Of a DNA stretch of 64,000 nucleotides, positions 9,414-20,502 are shown piece by piece. Numbering within the stretch: position 1 is the stretch's first letter; each line of letters opens with the position of its first letter. Below the pieces are notes generated by a model. The model was not told the origin of the DNA. It saw only the letters and a list, made by a program, of their open reading frames with translations, and did no database searches. The translations under genes were made by a program, and so were the position numbers. This stretch comes from an uncultured cyanobacterium (lineage in GTDB: Bacteria; Cyanobacteriota; Cyanobacteriia; Cyanobacteriales; Nostocaceae). Location: positions 1,984,001 through 2,048,000 of the forward strand of contig OY970166.1 in assembly GCA_963706595.1 (NCBI GenBank). Direction: 5' to 3'.

Positions 9414-12400
9414 TTAATCATGAAATATTTGATAAATACTAATCTCTCCTTCTGAATAATTTTCATAAATGTGCTGATAAACCTCAAAGCATTTTTTCTC
9501 ATACACTTCTGCTGAGTAACTTGGAGGTAACTTATCTAGAATATCTTTAATTGTCACTTCTACACCTGCTCTAGTTTGCTGGCGTTTTCTCCAGTCTAGA
9601 ACTAACTTTTCACGTTTTAATGTCTCTAATAATTCCCTAGCTACTTGTTTGACTTCTAATTCTTCTTCTTTAGCTAGTTTAATTTCTGGTTTAGTCAGTA
9701 AGTCAAAAATAGCTAATTCTTCTTCAGTTAGTTTATTTGCAATTGCTCTTTTATCTTCTTGCTTTAACTCTTGAGCAAAGTTAATCAACTCATTAAAGAA
9801 CCATTCCACATTTCTTGAACCAGCATTATACTCATCTATTAATTTTTGAAATTTTTCTAGATAATTAATCCGGGTTCTATTCAACTGCACCATCTTTTGT
9901 ACTTTGCTGTTAATATTACCTTTAAGTTTCTCTGCTGTTGTCCGTTGATAACCAGTATTAAACTGTGCTTGTAATGCTTCAAAGTCTAAATTATTTAGGT
10001 TTACTAATTGACTGGGATTATTAGAAATGATAAATTGTCCAGCCTTAATAGAATCATCTAATAATTCTTCTACCTGTTCTACTACCTCAGATATATCTGT
10101 ATGTGAAACTTCTGACCTAAGTTTATCTGCTAATCTGGTTAATAATGCTTGAGTTTTCGTAAATTCACTAGCAGCTATATCAGGTAAGATTGCTTTATAT
10201 AGCTTGGTGACATTATTAACGATAGAAAAGTAGTTGCGTTTAGAATCATCATTAACTAATATTGCTTCTACAGCTTCATCCCAAAATTTAGTTCGTAAAA
10301 AAGCATCTTGAGTATTTTCTAACTGGGTAAAGTCAATTCCTTTATCTTGGCAGAATACTAAGGCTTCGGTTATTGCTTCTCGCAATTGTCCTACTAAAGC
10401 TGACTTGTTTTTAACTGGTGTATCTCCTTCCTGAATACCACCACCGGAAGCAGAACCATAGATAGATAATGCTGTTTGTAAATCTCTAAATACTCCTATA
10501 TAATCAACTATTAACCCATTATTTTTATTTTGAAAAACTCGATTAGCTCTCGCTATAGTTTGCATGAGAGTATGGTTATACATGGGTTTATCTAAATAAA
10601 TAGTGGAACAGCTAGGAACATCAAACCCTGTTATCCACATTGCACAGACAAATACTATTCTGAGGGGGTTTTCATTATCTTTAAATTTCTCATCTAATGC
10701 TGGTGACTCTTTAGCAATTCTTTGACGGTGAGGGGTAATATCTAATTGTTTTTTCTGAAATGCTTCTATCTCACCTTGAGACTGAGAAACTATTACAGCC
10801 ATGTCTGTTTCTTCCATGTAGCGAATTTGTTTAAAAAGTTTCTTTTGTTCAAATTCACTCAGGGTTGATGTAGCTAATTCTGTTTTCAGTTTAATTAAAT
10901 GTTGTTGCCAAAAATTCTGAACTTTATTATACATTTTTACAGTGGTAAATCTATCAATAGAAATTACCATTGCTTTACCTTTATAGCCTCTATTTAAAAA
11001 GTGAGTGACTATATCAGCAGCAATTACTTCTAAACGGTCATTTCTGGTAATAATTTGATATTCTCTAGCACATTGTCTTTCTAAAATATTTTCTTCTTCT
11101 TCATCTATCACGGTATTATCAATGATGCGATAAATATCTTCGTTTAAATCATCATTGGTTAATTGCAGTTCAGGAATCCTATTTTCATAAAATAGCGGTA
11201 CTGTGGCGTTATCTTCGATTGATTGACGGAAGTTGTAAATACTAACATACTCACCAAATACATCTCTAGTTCTTTCTTCCCCTGCCATTAATGGTGTACC
11301 TGTAAAGCCAATAAATGCTGCATTTGGTAAAGCTTTTCTCATGTTTAAAGCAAATGTATCATATTGGCTACGGTGAGCTTCATCAGCTATTACAATAATG
11401 TCTTTACGGTCAGATAGTTTAGGGTATTCTTGATCTTTTTCAATGCGAAATTTTTGAATTAATGTGAATATATAGCGGTGGTCTTCTTTGAGTAATTGTT
11501 TTAAATGTTCAGCGTTTTTAGCTCTAACTTCTTTTTCTGGTTCTGTGACTACCCCAGTATAAGCAAAGTTTTTATAAATTTGGTCGTCTAGGTCTTCTCT
11601 ATCGGTGATAATTAAAAATGTCCAGTTGCCTATTAATTTACGCAGTATTTTTTGAGAAAAGAACACCATAGAATAGCTTTTACCGCTTCCTTGGGTATGC
11701 CAGAATACACCTAATTTACCTTGGTTGTCTTGAATGTTTTTAACTCCCTCAATGGCACTGTTAACGCCTAGAAGTTGGTGATTTTTAGCTACTATTTTTA
11801 CTAATGAACCTTTGGCGGTGTAGAAAAAGATGAAATTTTCTATCAAGTCTAACAGCTTTGTTTGCTCACAAGTTCCTCTAATGATTGTATCTAGGGAAAT
11901 TATGCCTTCTTCACCTTCACTATTGATTTTCTTCCATTCGCTGTAGTGTTCCCAGGATGCTGTTAAGCTACCAATACGGCTTTTACTGCCATTAGAAAGG
12001 ATAATCAAAGCGTTATACCAAAAAAGCTGAGGTATTGTTTGTTTATAATCTTGTAGATTGTTTTTATAAGCTAATTCTAAACGTTTGTGATTGGCTTTTA
12101 GTTCAATAAATACTAAGGGTAAACCATTGACAAAACCTATTAAGTCAGCACGTCTAGTATATATTTCTCCTGTTACCCAAAATTGAGAAGCTAGGAAGAA
12201 ATGATTATGAGTTGGATTTTCCCACTCAATAACCTTAACTGTTTCTACCTGTTCCTCATCATTAGCATCTTTGAAGTTTACCTTTACCCCAGTTTTTAGC
12301 AGTTGGTAAATTTCCCGGTTAGCATTTTCTAAACTTAAGGTGTTACGACTGCGGGTCAGTTCTTCTGTAGCGAGTTCTAAAGCTTCTGCGGGTAAGTCTG

Positions 12401-12590
12401 GGTTAAGGGTGATTAAGGCTGTACGCAGTTTAGGAAGTAACACTACCTCATCCCTGGTTATTCTGCCTAATGTGCCATTTGTACCTAGTTCTTCATCGTA
12501 GCAGTTGGCAGTATTCCAGCCTAATTCTGATAATAGCTTAATGGTAGCGTTTTCTAAGGCTTGTTCTGAGTCAGGGTGAGGATAGCGCAT
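9414..12590 (-). CDS. hsdR: Type I restriction endonuclease subunit R
   Basis: ADLIGFVNGLPLVFIELK nuclease motif, WHTQGSGKS Walker A, DEAH, FTGTP, QTIARANR. Confidence 0.95.
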   Translation of the reverse strand: MRYPHPDSEQALENATIKLLSELGWNTANCYDEELGTNGTLGRITRDEVVLLPKLRTALITLNPDLPAEALELATEELTRSRNTLSLENANREIYQLLKTGVKVNFKDANDEEQVETVKVIEWENPTHNHFFLASQFWVTGEIYTRRADLIGFVNGLPLVFIELKANHKRLELAYKNNLQDYKQTIPQLFWYNALIILSNGSKSRIGSLTASWEHYSEWKKINSEGEEGIISLDTIIRGTCEQTKLLDLIENFIFFYTAKGSLVKIVAKNHQLLGVNSAIEGVKNIQDNQGKLGVFWHTQGSGKSYSMVFFSQKILRKLIGNWTFLIITDREDLDDQIYKNFAYTGVVTEPEKEVRAKNAEHLKQLLKEDHRYIFTLIQKFRIEKDQEYPKLSDRKDIIVIADEAHRSQYDTFALNMRKALPNAAFIGFTGTPLMAGEERTRDVFGEYVSIYNFRQSIEDNATVPLFYENRIPELQLTNDDLNEDIYRIIDNTVIDEEEENILERQCAREYQIITRNDRLEVIAADIVTHFLNRGYKGKAMVISIDRFTTVKMYNKVQNFWQQHLIKLKTELATSTLSEFEQKKLFKQIRYMEETDMAVIVSQSQGEIEAFQKKQLDITPHRQRIAKESPALDEKFKDNENPLRIVFVCAMWITGFDVPSCSTIYLDKPMYNHTLMQTIARANRVFQNKNNGLIVDYIGVFRDLQTALSIYGSASGGGIQEGDTPVKNKSALVGQLREAITEALVFCQDKGIDFTQLENTQDAFLRTKFWDEAVEAILVNDDSKRNYFSIVNNVTKLYKAILPDIAASEFTKTQALLTRLADKLRSEVSHTDISEVVEQVEELLDDSIKAGQFIISNNPSQLVNLNNLDFEALQAQFNTGYQRTTAEKLKGNINSKVQKMVQLNRTRINYLEKFQKLIDEYNAGSRNVEWFFNELINFAQELKQEDKRAIANKLTEEELAIFDLLTKPEIKLAKEEELEVKQVARELLETLKREKLVLDWRKRQQTRAGVEVTIKDILDKLPPSYSAEVYEKKCFEVYQHIYENYSEGEISIYQIFHD

Positions 12591-12660
12591 AGGTACTGGT
12601 GTATATACACAAGATGGTGTCTATATTAACTATGCACTATGAGGTTAGGAAGTGGCTAGG

Positions 12661-13962
12661 TTAAGCAGCAATGTCTAGGGTGTCAATGTCTAGGTTTTCT
12701 ACGTCTATTTCTCCTGAGATGAGTTTGGGTAGGAGTAGGTCACGGGTTTTTTGGAGATTTTGATTTTTTTGCTGCAATACATCTGTTGCTTTAAGGAATT
12801 GTTCTAGTTTGTATGCAGCATCAATTTGTAGTTGAATTGGAGGAATAATAATAGGTACTTTTCTTAATTCAGTTTGTCTAATACCTAAAACAGTTGTACC
12901 GCTTTGACGAGCAATAATCTCTCCTTGAATTAAGGGTGAGCTAAGTGCAAAATACAATATCTCAGGTTTAATTAATTGAGGATTAGCTCTAATACTATAT
13001 AGCCTTTGACTTAAACAAAATTTATGTTCTCTTACTAAAAAGTGTAATTCTCCTAATGGAGCTTCTGAAGTCATTAATATATCACCTTGCCTTAATTCTG
13101 ACTTCATCCATTTTTTATATAAATCTTCACTAACAAACTTAGATTTTTCTAAATTAATAAGTTTGCCAGCTTTAACATTAAGAGCAGAAATGGCTATTAT
13201 ACCTGACTCTGACCAAATTCCACCTAGTTTATTGGGTGTTTTTCCTCTATAATCAATTATATCTATAACGATATCTCCTAACTTTCTAACCTCCCAACCT
13301 TCAGGAATTAAACCTAACTCTGACTCAACCATTTTTACCTTTTCATGACCAGGAAAGCGGAATTTTAAAAACCACTCATGGTAGAGAGTTTGCGCCATTT
13401 CTTCTAATATTTTGATGCGTCTTGTGTTGTTTTCAATTAGGTCATCATAAGCTGAGAGAATGGAGGCTATTTTATTTTGGGTAGCAATTGGAGGTAAGGG
13501 AACTTCTAAGTTAGAAAGTATACCTTGGTTTAAATTAGAAATATTTGTTCCATTTCCCTGTGCAGACAAAGTTTGTCGCATTAAAGATGAACGAAATAAA
13601 TAAGCATAAAACCTTGGGACTACTTTTTTTGATTTAAACCTAAGCTTTATTGTAAAGGCAGAATGTGCTACCTGCTCCTTAATATCAGCAATAAATAGGC
13701 TTCTACCAATTAATGCTCTGTTGCCATTTGACCTCACAAAAATAATGTCATTTTTTTGAAGTAGGTCTTGTTCTTTAATTATTCCTGTAGGCTCAACTTC
13801 ATCCAAGCTATTAAATGAAGCAATACTGCCGTCTTTAAAATCTTTAACGTTGATAACTTTAATGCCCTTACCGAAATTATCTTTTGTATAGTTAATTCCA
13901 TTTCTAAATTCTGCAATACTTCCTAAATTTACACTTTCCCAAACGACACTTTTATTTCTCAT
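12661..13962 (-). CDS. hsdS: Type I restriction-modification specificity subunit S
   Basis: Two variable TRDs separated by conserved [25 protein letters not shown]-terminal [13 protein letters not shown]. Confidence 0.93.
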   Translation of the reverse strand: MRNKSVVWESVNLGSIAEFRNGINYTKDNFGKGIKVINVKDFKDGSIASFNSLDEVEPTGIIKEQDLLQKNDIIFVRSNGNRALIGRSLFIADIKEQVAHSAFTIKLRFKSKKVVPRFYAYLFRSSLMRQTLSAQGNGTNISNLNQGILSNLEVPLPPIATQNKIASILSAYDDLIENNTRRIKILEEMAQTLYHEWFLKFRFPGHEKVKMVESELGLIPEGWEVRKLGDIVIDIIDYRGKTPNKLGGIWSESGIIAISALNVKAGKLINLEKSKFVSEDLYKKWMKSELRQGDILMTSEAPLGELHFLVREHKFCLSQRLYSIRANPQLIKPEILYFALSSPLIQGEIIARQSGTTVLGIRQTELRKVPIIIPPIQLQIDAAYKLEQFLKATDVLQQKNQNLQKTRDLLLPKLISGEIDVENLDIDTLDIAA

Positions 13963-15527
13963 AGTATTTTCTCCAATAAAAAAGCTACATTCTCAGAAAT
14001 TCTTTCTTCTAACTCTCTAGCTTCCACATTCAAAACTTCCAACTCCTCATTTAACTCCTCCAACCTTTCCACAAAATCAAAATCTTCCACTTCCTTCTCA
14101 GCAACTCCTACATAACGACCAGGGTTTAAACTCCAACCTTGTGCTTCAATCTCATTAACACTTGCTACCTTACACAAACCAGCAACATGAATATATTTAC
14201 CTTCTGGGAATTTTTCCTTTAAAATACTTTCACTATCATGATGATTTTCTACCGCTTCCCCTCTATATAACCTGACAATATTAGCGATAAATTCAATCTG
14301 TTCTGGTGTAAATTCTCGATGCGCTCTATCTATCTGTGTAAAAATATGTCTAGCATCAATAAATAATACTTTATTCTTACGAATTGTATCTACTTTACCC
14401 TTATCAAAAAACCATAATGTACAAGGTAAAGTCACAGTGTAGAAGAAGTTAGAACCCACAGCAACCATGACATCTACTACACCTAACTGGATTAACTTCT
14501 TCCTAATTTCTAACTCTGAACCTCTAGCATCACTAGCAGAGTTAGCCATGACAAAACCTGCTCTACCTGTTTCATTTAAGGTACTGTAAAATAAGTGAAT
14601 CCAAATATAGTTAGCATTATCTACCTTGGGTAATCCTAACTCTTTTAATCGGATATCACCCTTCATTTTCTCTTTATCCACCTTATCAACGTTAAATGGT
14701 GGATTAGCCATCACAAAATCAAAGTAATCTATATCTATATTGGCGTGGTTAATCTCATAATAAGTATTACCCTGTTTAATGTCTCCTGAAAGTCCATGTA
14801 CTGCTAAGTTCATTTGACATAAATTAACAGTTTCCCCTACTTTCTCTTGACCATAAATACTGATTTCTTTACTAGGATTTTTTTGATGTCTTTCTATAAA
14901 CTTGGCACTTTGAACAAACATACCACCTGAACCACAAGCAGGGTCATATATTCGCCCGTGATATGGTTCTAGTATTTCCACAATTAATTTAACTATAGAA
15001 GTAGGTGTAAAAAACTCTCCCCCTTTTTGCCCTTCACTCATGGCAAACTTACCAAGGAAGTATTCGTAAATCTTACCGAAAGCATCCCCTTCTAAGTCAG
15101 CACCAAAATCAATCTTACTAAACTTTTTAAGTAGTTCTATTAATAACTCATTATCAAGGTGATTATAGTTTTTAGGTAAAGCACCTTCTAAATCTTTGTT
15201 TTCATCTTCTATCGCCTTCATTGCTTGGTTAATAGATTTACCAAAATTTGCACTTTCGGGTAAGTCTAGTAACTTAGAAAAACGTGCATCTTCAGGTAAG
15301 TACATTACACCTTTAGCCTGAAAATCTGTTTTAGAAATTTCTCTTCTACCGCTTCCCTTGCTTTTTAATTCCTTCTCAGCTTGGGTAAACTTCCAGTCAG
15401 CATAACGGAGAAAGATTAAACCTAATACTGGTACAGAATACTCTGATGATTTTAGTTTAGAATTTGCCCTTAGCTCATCAGCAGCATCCCATAAACGCTT
15501 TTCTAACTCTGTTGTGTTGGCAGGCAT
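13959..15527 (-). CDS. hsdM: Type I restriction-modification N6-adenine methyltransferase subunit M
   Basis: [14 protein letters not shown] (motif I), NPPF (motif IV); 4-nt overlap with hsdS. Confidence 0.95.
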   Translation of the reverse strand: MPANTTELEKRLWDAADELRANSKLKSSEYSVPVLGLIFLRYADWKFTQAEKELKSKGSGRREISKTDFQAKGVMYLPEDARFSKLLDLPESANFGKSINQAMKAIEDENKDLEGALPKNYNHLDNELLIELLKKFSKIDFGADLEGDAFGKIYEYFLGKFAMSEGQKGGEFFTPTSIVKLIVEILEPYHGRIYDPACGSGGMFVQSAKFIERHQKNPSKEISIYGQEKVGETVNLCQMNLAVHGLSGDIKQGNTYYEINHANIDIDYFDFVMANPPFNVDKVDKEKMKGDIRLKELGLPKVDNANYIWIHLFYSTLNETGRAGFVMANSASDARGSELEIRKKLIQLGVVDVMVAVGSNFFYTVTLPCTLWFFDKGKVDTIRKNKVLFIDARHIFTQIDRAHREFTPEQIEFIANIVRLYRGEAVENHHDSESILKEKFPEGKYIHVAGLCKVASVNEIEAQGWSLNPGRYVGVAEKEVEDFDFVERLEELNEELEVLNVEARELEERISENVAFLLEKIL

Positions 15528-16141
15528 AGCAGAACAGTTATAATAAAACCTTATGAATTATACGGCTATCTGTACCTGAAAATACCTAATTACACATAAT
15601 TGTTATATATTCTGGTGACATAATGTTAGGAGTCACGTTTGCTTTGGAGTCCCAAAAGAATTATTAATTTGGCTATAAAGGCTTAGGAGTCCCAATTAGT
15701 CAAATCCATTACGCTGGTATAGATTTAATTTGCATATTAACTACAGCTAAAACTGTTGTGGTATAGGTATGCTAACCGTCCTGATAAAGTTTATTAGCTT
15801 GGTATGTTAAGGATGGAGAAAAGTATATTAGGGTTGCAATAATAGGCAATGACAATTATGTGTAGTTTATATAATGCCTAATGTTAGCAGTTGTATCTGT
15901 TCAACAACCTGCGATAGAAAATAGACGGTTCATAGGCGCAAATAAGCCTAATATTTTGTCGGTTGTAGATTGAGACTGTTATTAGGCAGCTATTCTATTA
16001 ATTAACAGAATCTAGACAGATATGTATGAACTATAACAAGTTCTTATTCCTACCATCCGTCCTACTCATTATTGATACTTCTAGGGTATCTTAACTATTA
16101 GTTGAGAGAAAACTGAGAGAAAAACAAGGATGGATGGTAAG

Positions 16142-16213
16142 TGGGTGACCTGAGACTCGAACTCAGAACCAGCAGATTAAGAGTCTGATGCTCTACCATT
16201 GAGCTAGTCACCC
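16142..16213 (-). tRNA. tRNA-Lys(CTT)
   Basis: Minus strand GGGTGACTAGCTCAATGGTAGAGCATCAGACTCTTAATCTGCTGGTTCTGAGTTCGAGTCTCAGGTCACCCA folds as a cloverleaf; anticodon CTT; no encoded CCA. Confidence 0.95.
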
Positions 16214-16281
16214 GTAACAGAACTCTATCATCGCATATTTCTGTTGGATTTGCAAGCTAGGAACCAAAGAATATATGATCT

Positions 16282-16890
16282 TTAACCAATGGGATGATTT
16301 CCGGGATTTACAGCGTGAATTTGCTCACTACCCGATTGCGGTCTTCCTCGTTTGTAACGGGCTTCTTCTGGTTTACCCCATCCTAGTTGCAAAATCATTT
16401 CCAGAAAGTTAGAATTTTCCCATTTCCACAAACTTGCCCATTCGGTGGTTTGAGCAATTCTCTCTACATCAGGCTGGAGAATTTTTTGGTGTTGTTTATT
16501 GTTGTTAAAACTCAAGTACAAATCCATCCCCGCCGTGACTTCATCCCAAAATTCCAAGATGGTATTTTTCGTGGCTTGAATGATTTCTAAGTCTGTGCTA
16601 AGGGCAATTAATTCGGTATCGACTTCTGGATAATGTAAGGTTTTACCCTTGACTGTCATTTCTCTCCAGAGAATACCCGATACTTGATTTTCTCTTTGAT
16701 AATCGTGAATGGCAGCTTTAAAATCTTGATAAGCGGTGAACTTTTGCAGCCCATCAGTTTTGATAAACTGGTCAATTACAGGATTACCAGAAACTGTCAC
16801 CTCTAATTTTAGGCGTTTGCCCTTGAGACAGGCTTGGCGTTCATCTGCCAAAATTTGAATTAGCTCCTCGCTAGTATACACCTTTGACAT
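16282..16890 (-). CDS. Hypothetical protein
   Basis: About 202-aa ORF with protein-like composition. Confidence 0.75.
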   Translation of the reverse strand: MSKVYTSEELIQILADERQACLKGKRLKLEVTVSGNPVIDQFIKTDGLQKFTAYQDFKAAIHDYQRENQVSGILWREMTVKGKTLHYPEVDTELIALSTDLEIIQATKNTILEFWDEVTAGMDLYLSFNNNKQHQKILQPDVERIAQTTEWASLWKWENSNFLEMILQLGWGKPEEARYKRGRPQSGSEQIHAVNPGNHPIG

Positions 16891-17095
16891 CACAACACAC
16901 TCTAGTAATCATTAGTAATTAGTCATTAGTCATTTGCAGTGAACTATGGACTAGGGATTAACTTAACTGCTAACTTGTTATCAGATGGTAGATGTTTCAG
17001 GCAGATATCTCTACTCTAAAGGCGCACAGTGATCATATTCACTAATTTTCATATTATCGCTTTTTATCCAGAGAAATGCAGTATCAGAGGAAACT

Positions 17096-17127
17096 AAAAA
17101 TCAGGGCAGACCAATTTGGTCTACCCT
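17096..17127 (-). terminator. Probable intrinsic terminator
   Basis: Minus strand hairpin AGGGTAGACC-AAATT-GGTCTGCCCT followed by GATTTTT, just after the stop at 17133. Confidence 0.55.
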
Positions 17128-17132
17128 CAAGG

Positions 17133-17720
17133 TTATTCGGCTAACTCACTACTAAATTCGTTGAATGAACGTCTCTGTAACGGTAAAGATTCGGTGCGTG
17201 GTAATAAATCAAACGCTGTCCGAAATTTATCGTCTATTTCTTCGTAAGCTACTTGACCAGTTTTATTTAAAACTACCTGACCTGATTTATCAAAGACTAC
17301 AACTTGAGGCACAGCCCCAGAATAATAGTATCCTGGTTCAGTGGGTTCATAAGTTTCTTTAAGAGGGATAGTATCCACATCTATGGGAATAATCTCTGCT
17401 GACCGACCGTAGAATTCCTGAACCTGTGAAATCGAAATAGCGTATTTTTTACAATCACTGCTGTCATCGACATAAAATGCCAAGAATACAGGCTTATGTT
17501 CTTCTAAAGCTTTTGCTAAACTCTGTCTGGGCGGAACCAGCGAACCATTGCCAGCATAAATCACGAAAATGTTACCATCGTACAGATCATCTTCAAGACC
17601 AGCAAGCGCAGGTTGTATATTTATCATCAATAGACAAGCAAGCAACAACAAGCATTGGGACAGCCTTTGTCGCCAGCCCGCAATTGTTTTATGTAAAAAA
17701 AGAAACTTTATGCTTTTCAT
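17133..17720 (-). CDS. Thioredoxin-like thylakoid protein (photosystem I accumulation factor-like)
   Basis: Signal peptide, YDGNIFVIYAGNGSLVP, degenerate DSSDCK thioredoxin motif, VPQVVVFD. Confidence 0.65.
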   Translation of the reverse strand: MKSIKFLFLHKTIAGWRQRLSQCLLLLACLLMINIQPALAGLEDDLYDGNIFVIYAGNGSLVPPRQSLAKALEEHKPVFLAFYVDDSSDCKKYAISISQVQEFYGRSAEIIPIDVDTIPLKETYEPTEPGYYYSGAVPQVVVFDKSGQVVLNKTGQVAYEEIDDKFRTAFDLLPRTESLPLQRRSFNEFSSELAE

Positions 17721-17835
17721 CAAACGGAACCTTGCAAGCTATTAATTTTCATCAGTTTGTGCTGAATTTGTCAAACTGGGCTGGATATGTATTTACACTC
17801 AAGCACTATATTTTAAGATAACGCTTACAGGTATG

Positions 17836-17921
17836 GGAATGGGGAATGGGGAATGGGGAATGGGGAGTGGGGAGTTACTTCGACTACGCTCAGTAACCGG
17901 GGGAATGGGGAGTGGGGAGTG
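17836..17921 (+). repeat. STRR heptamer tract (GGGAATG/GGGAGTG)n with an inserted ~21-nt element
   Basis: Tandem heptamers interrupted by ACTTCGACTACGCTCAGTAACC. Confidence 0.8.
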
Positions 17922-17972
17922 GGTAAATTAAAGATTATAAATTAGGAACCGCCAAAAGATTAAGGTACGGAT

Positions 17973-19310
17973 GTGGGAAATAAAATTCAACTTATAGATA
18001 GACTGCGACTCGGTTTCGCGGTGTCAGTGGCTAAAAGTGTGACATTTATAGTGCGATCGCTGCGTCTGGGTGCTGCTAGTGTATTACCAGGGTCAATTGC
18101 GCGTCGTATTGAACCCCGGCTGTTGGAATTATTGAGTCAGCAAGTTAAAAATGGCGTAATTCTGATTGCTGGTACTAATGGTAAAACTACCACAGCGCTG
18201 CTTTTATGTACAATCTTAGAACGCCAAGGTTATCGTATCGCCCATAATTCTACAGGCGCAAACCTGGAAAATGGCTTGATGACGGCGTTGATAGAAAATA
18301 CTACCTTGCTGGGGACGCTGAATGTTGATTACGCTATTCTGGAAGTAGATGAGAATATTGTACCCAGAGTTTTAAAGCCTCTCCAGCCCAGAATTATCCT
18401 TTGTTTAAATTTATTCCGCGACCAATTGGATAGATATGGGGAAGTAGACAGCATTAGTAAGCGCTGGACGAAGGTGATTTCTACTCTCCCATTGGAAACG
18501 GTAGTTATTCCCAATGCTGATGACCCGACTTTAAGTTATCTCGGTCAGCAGTTACCCCAAAAGGTATCATTCTTTGGGATGAATGAACCAGAACATTATT
18601 TGGAAGCTATTCCTCACGCTGTGGATTCGATTTATTGTCCTAGTTGTGGACACTCTCTCGATTATCAAGGTGTATATTTGTCCCATTTGGGAGATTTTAC
18701 TTGTCCCCAGTGTGGTTTTAGCAAAAGTAACCCGACTCTAGAAAGCAGCGAATGGTCACAAATTTTGGTGGGTTTATATAACAAATATAATACTTTAGCG
18801 GCTGTGACTGCGGCAAAAGAGTTAGGCGTTGATGAAGGGATAATTCGAGATGCGGTTAACAATTTTCAAGCTGCTTTCGGTCGGGCTGAAGATTTGGTAA
18901 TTAACAATAAACGGGTGCGGATTTTGTTATCAAAAAATCCGGTGGGGACAAATGAAACCATTCGCGTCGTCACTGAAAGCACTGATACAACTACACTGCT
19001 GGTTTTAAACGATCGCACGCCTGATGGTACTGATGTATCATGGATTTGGGACGTAGATACAGAGAAGTTAGTCCAACGGGGCGGAACTTTAGTGGTAAGT
19101 GGCGATCGCGTCTATGATTTGGCGTTACGTCTGCGGTATAGTGAAAATGCGGGTGAGAGTAAGCTTAATTTAATTGTAGAAGAAGATTTGCGTCAGGCGA
19201 TCGCAACTGCCTTAAAGCATACCCCAGAAAATGAAACTCTCCACATTCTCCCCACCTATTCAGCCATGTTAGAAGTGCGAGAAGTTCTCACTGGTAGGAA
19301 AATTCTTTAA
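17973..19310 (+). CDS. MurT-like Mur ligase family protein (DUF1727)
   Basis: [28 protein letters not shown] zinc ribbon, LSKNPVG, DGTDVSWIWD. Confidence 0.85.
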   Translation: MGNKIQLIDRLRLGFAVSVAKSVTFIVRSLRLGAASVLPGSIARRIEPRLLELLSQQVKNGVILIAGTNGKTTTALLLCTILERQGYRIAHNSTGANLENGLMTALIENTTLLGTLNVDYAILEVDENIVPRVLKPLQPRIILCLNLFRDQLDRYGEVDSISKRWTKVISTLPLETVVIPNADDPTLSYLGQQLPQKVSFFGMNEPEHYLEAIPHAVDSIYCPSCGHSLDYQGVYLSHLGDFTCPQCGFSKSNPTLESSEWSQILVGLYNKYNTLAAVTAAKELGVDEGIIRDAVNNFQAAFGRAEDLVINNKRVRILLSKNPVGTNETIRVVTESTDTTTLLVLNDRTPDGTDVSWIWDVDTEKLVQRGGTLVVSGDRVYDLALRLRYSENAGESKLNLIVEEDLRQAIATALKHTPENETLHILPTYSAMLEVREVLTGRKIL

Positions 19311-19372
19311 AAGATATTGGGTTTATATTCTCCCCTCTCCTTAATAAGGAGAGGGGTTGGGGGTGAGGTTTC

Positions 19373-20152
19373 TTATACTAAATAACTCGTATTCGGAACT
19401 ATGGGAAAGAAAGCATATTCATACCAAGCAGTCCAAATAAAACTTCTGATCCAGCGTTGATATTTTTCAGGACTGATTTCATAGTTAAATTCTCCCTCAG
19501 ATATATCAATAGAAGATAAATGAGAATTACAACCGCAACCATGATGATAGGTAAAGCCGTATTTAGAAGCGATGCTTTGCACTTTCATTTGGATAGCAAA
19601 AACTTTTCCGGCGTGTAATATAGCATCCCAAGAACGCTTGTGTACTATATCTCGTTTATCAAAGCGTAAAGCCCGTTCTTCAAATACATGATCTCGGTAA
19701 ATTGGCGCTAAATGTACATGATAAAAACTAGCAGGTAATTCATAGCCAAACTCATTAAAAAGATCCATCCCAATGAGTGCTACCTTTACCTCATCTGCAT
19801 ATTCTCTTCCCTTTGATTCCACATCTCGAAGGATTTGGGCAAAATCTGGATAGCTATCAATTAAAAAATCATGTCCATAAAATTCTAAGGTTTCATAACC
19901 GAGTTGTCCAAATAGCTGAGAGAATGCCGATTTGAACTGAGCTAATTCTGGACGTTCATTAAATAAGTCTACATCACCCTGCGCCAGTTTATATTGGAAC
20001 AACTGCGCCATTTCTACATAACTTTGTGGGTGATGAATTCCTACATTTGCGACTCCTGCGGCTATATCTTGCCATATAGGAGGTAATTGAGCAATAGCAA
20101 CCGCATTTTCCGAAGCAATTACGGCAATATTAGGAGCTTCAATAACTTGCAT
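19373..20152 (-). CDS. Hypothetical protein with HHGCGCNSH motif
   Basis: 259-aa ORF with GGAG SD-like sequence upstream; family not recognised with confidence. Confidence 0.7.
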   Translation of the reverse strand: MQVIEAPNIAVIASENAVAIAQLPPIWQDIAAGVANVGIHHPQSYVEMAQLFQYKLAQGDVDLFNERPELAQFKSAFSQLFGQLGYETLEFYGHDFLIDSYPDFAQILRDVESKGREYADEVKVALIGMDLFNEFGYELPASFYHVHLAPIYRDHVFEERALRFDKRDIVHKRSWDAILHAGKVFAIQMKVQSIASKYGFTYHHGCGCNSHLSSIDISEGEFNYEISPEKYQRWIRSFIWTAWYEYAFFPIVPNTSYLV

Positions 20153-20502
20153 AAATAATCTCCATTTAGACTTAAAATCAGCATTTAATTACAATACTTG
20201 TTTTGGAAAAATTTTAAAATTAATAAATATTACTAAAATAAATATTTTGGCGATTTTAATTGTGTAAATTAAATCCAGAATCAAATATCTACTTTGTCAG
20301 TATGGTGAATATATGACAAAAAAACTGTTACATAAAATACGAAATTTTCACATATAAGATATGCTGATTTCACACTTGCAGATGTTTGCACAGTATAATA
20401 CCTTAGCCAATGGTCGCTGAAATATTGCTCATCCAGTTCTAGATATACAACGGATAATTACGGTATATGTGGATAAAAATTATTAGTTATGAGTGAGGTT
20501 TT

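Noticed and set aside
15530..16100. Possible integrase remnant in the island
   Set aside because: No substantial ORF or tyrosine-recombinase motif recognised; only short GGAGTCCCAA repeats.
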